Assembly: GCA_964187785.1 (NCBI GenBank)
Contig: OZ076409.1
Coordinates: forward strand, 1,860,001 to 1,924,000
Direction: 5' to 3'
Origin: Amphiscolops sp. MND2022
Lineage: Eukaryota
DNA: 64,000 nt
The position numbers and the translations under genes are program-made. The notes beneath the pieces are model-generated. The model worked only from the letters and a program-made list of their open reading frames with translations, was not told the DNA's origin and did no database searches. Positions 63,371-64,000 of this stretch are shown piece after piece (positions within the stretch are counted from its first letter, which is position 1; each line of letters begins with the position of its first letter).

Positions 63371-63906
63371 CAAGTCGAGAACGGCCAAAGTCGTCGCTAA
63401 ATCTAAGGCTCAAAATTGTGAAAAAGGGGACCCTTCGGGCTTGGTGGAACTCCAGCTGGTTGCAAAATATTTAAAAAATTGAAGGGGAGTCCTTTGGGGA
63501 CTTGGAAAAATTTCCCCAAAAAAATTTCAAAATGAGATTTTTGAACAGTGTCTCAGTGCCGAAAAATGTAAAAAGGGGGACCCTTTGGGATTTTTTGACA
63601 TCCATTGTGTTGCAAAATGTCGAAAAAAATGAAGGGGGCCCTTTGGTGCTATCCAAAATGTTTCAAAAAAAGTCGCACAGTGCCGAAAAAAGGGCAATCC
63701 TTAGTGTGATTTCGAGGTTCTGGACGTCTGTTTTGTTTTTTCTTTTCGTTTTGGACGCACTTTTGAGGTTCGAGTTGTTGGGGTTCGAAGTTGTTGAGGT
63801 TTGACGTTGTTGAACAAATGAACAAAAAAGTGGACCTTACGTGTCTAAAAAAACTACCCACTGTAAGAGTCGGGCACATTTTCTACTAAAATGCGCCAAC
63901 TAAAAA
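63371..63906 (-). mobile_element. HINE/DINE-1-like element
   Basis: CAAGTCGAGAACGGCCAAAGTCGTCGC..ATCTAAGGCTCAAAA ... AGTCGGGCACATTTTC..AAAATGCGCCAACTAAAAA. Confidence 0.75.
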
Positions 63907-64000
63907 TAATCTAATTTAGTTTCCGTTTTCAATTATTTTTGCATCTAGAATTGTTTGAGATTCAACATCGAACAGCCCTGACTCTATTGGACATAGATTT

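Overview
AT-rich eukaryotic (animal-like) DNA made up almost entirely of transposable elements; I cannot identify the species and see no intact host gene, rRNA, tRNA or CRISPR array. Main structures: (1) a recent ~7.85-kb tandem duplication (1-7733 / 7734-15580) with a ~130-bp palindrome next to the junction. (2) An old ORF-less Gypsy derivative (12958-16870). (3) A four-level nest: HINE > CATTAC-TIR element > hAT > CATTAC-TIR element (17195-20030). (4) An intact, very young BEL/Pao LTR retrotransposon (22331-31384, minus strand, AGGGA TSD) with an extra upstream ORF resembling an SGNH fold and three spaced hairpin repeats before gag-pol. (5) A ~18.9-kb Ty3/Gypsy element (38782-57670, minus strand, several lesions) with unusual cargo: a degenerate protease in tandem with the active one, an integrase tail with an AT-hook and two TARG1/OARD1-like macrodomains, a ~1400-aa non-Env third ORF with an SGNH-like domain, and a tRNA-Lys-like PBS displaced 16 nt from the LTR. 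(6) Several Helentron/DINE-1-like HINEs and MITEs. All domain calls are by-eye motif recognition and need HMM or structure confirmation.
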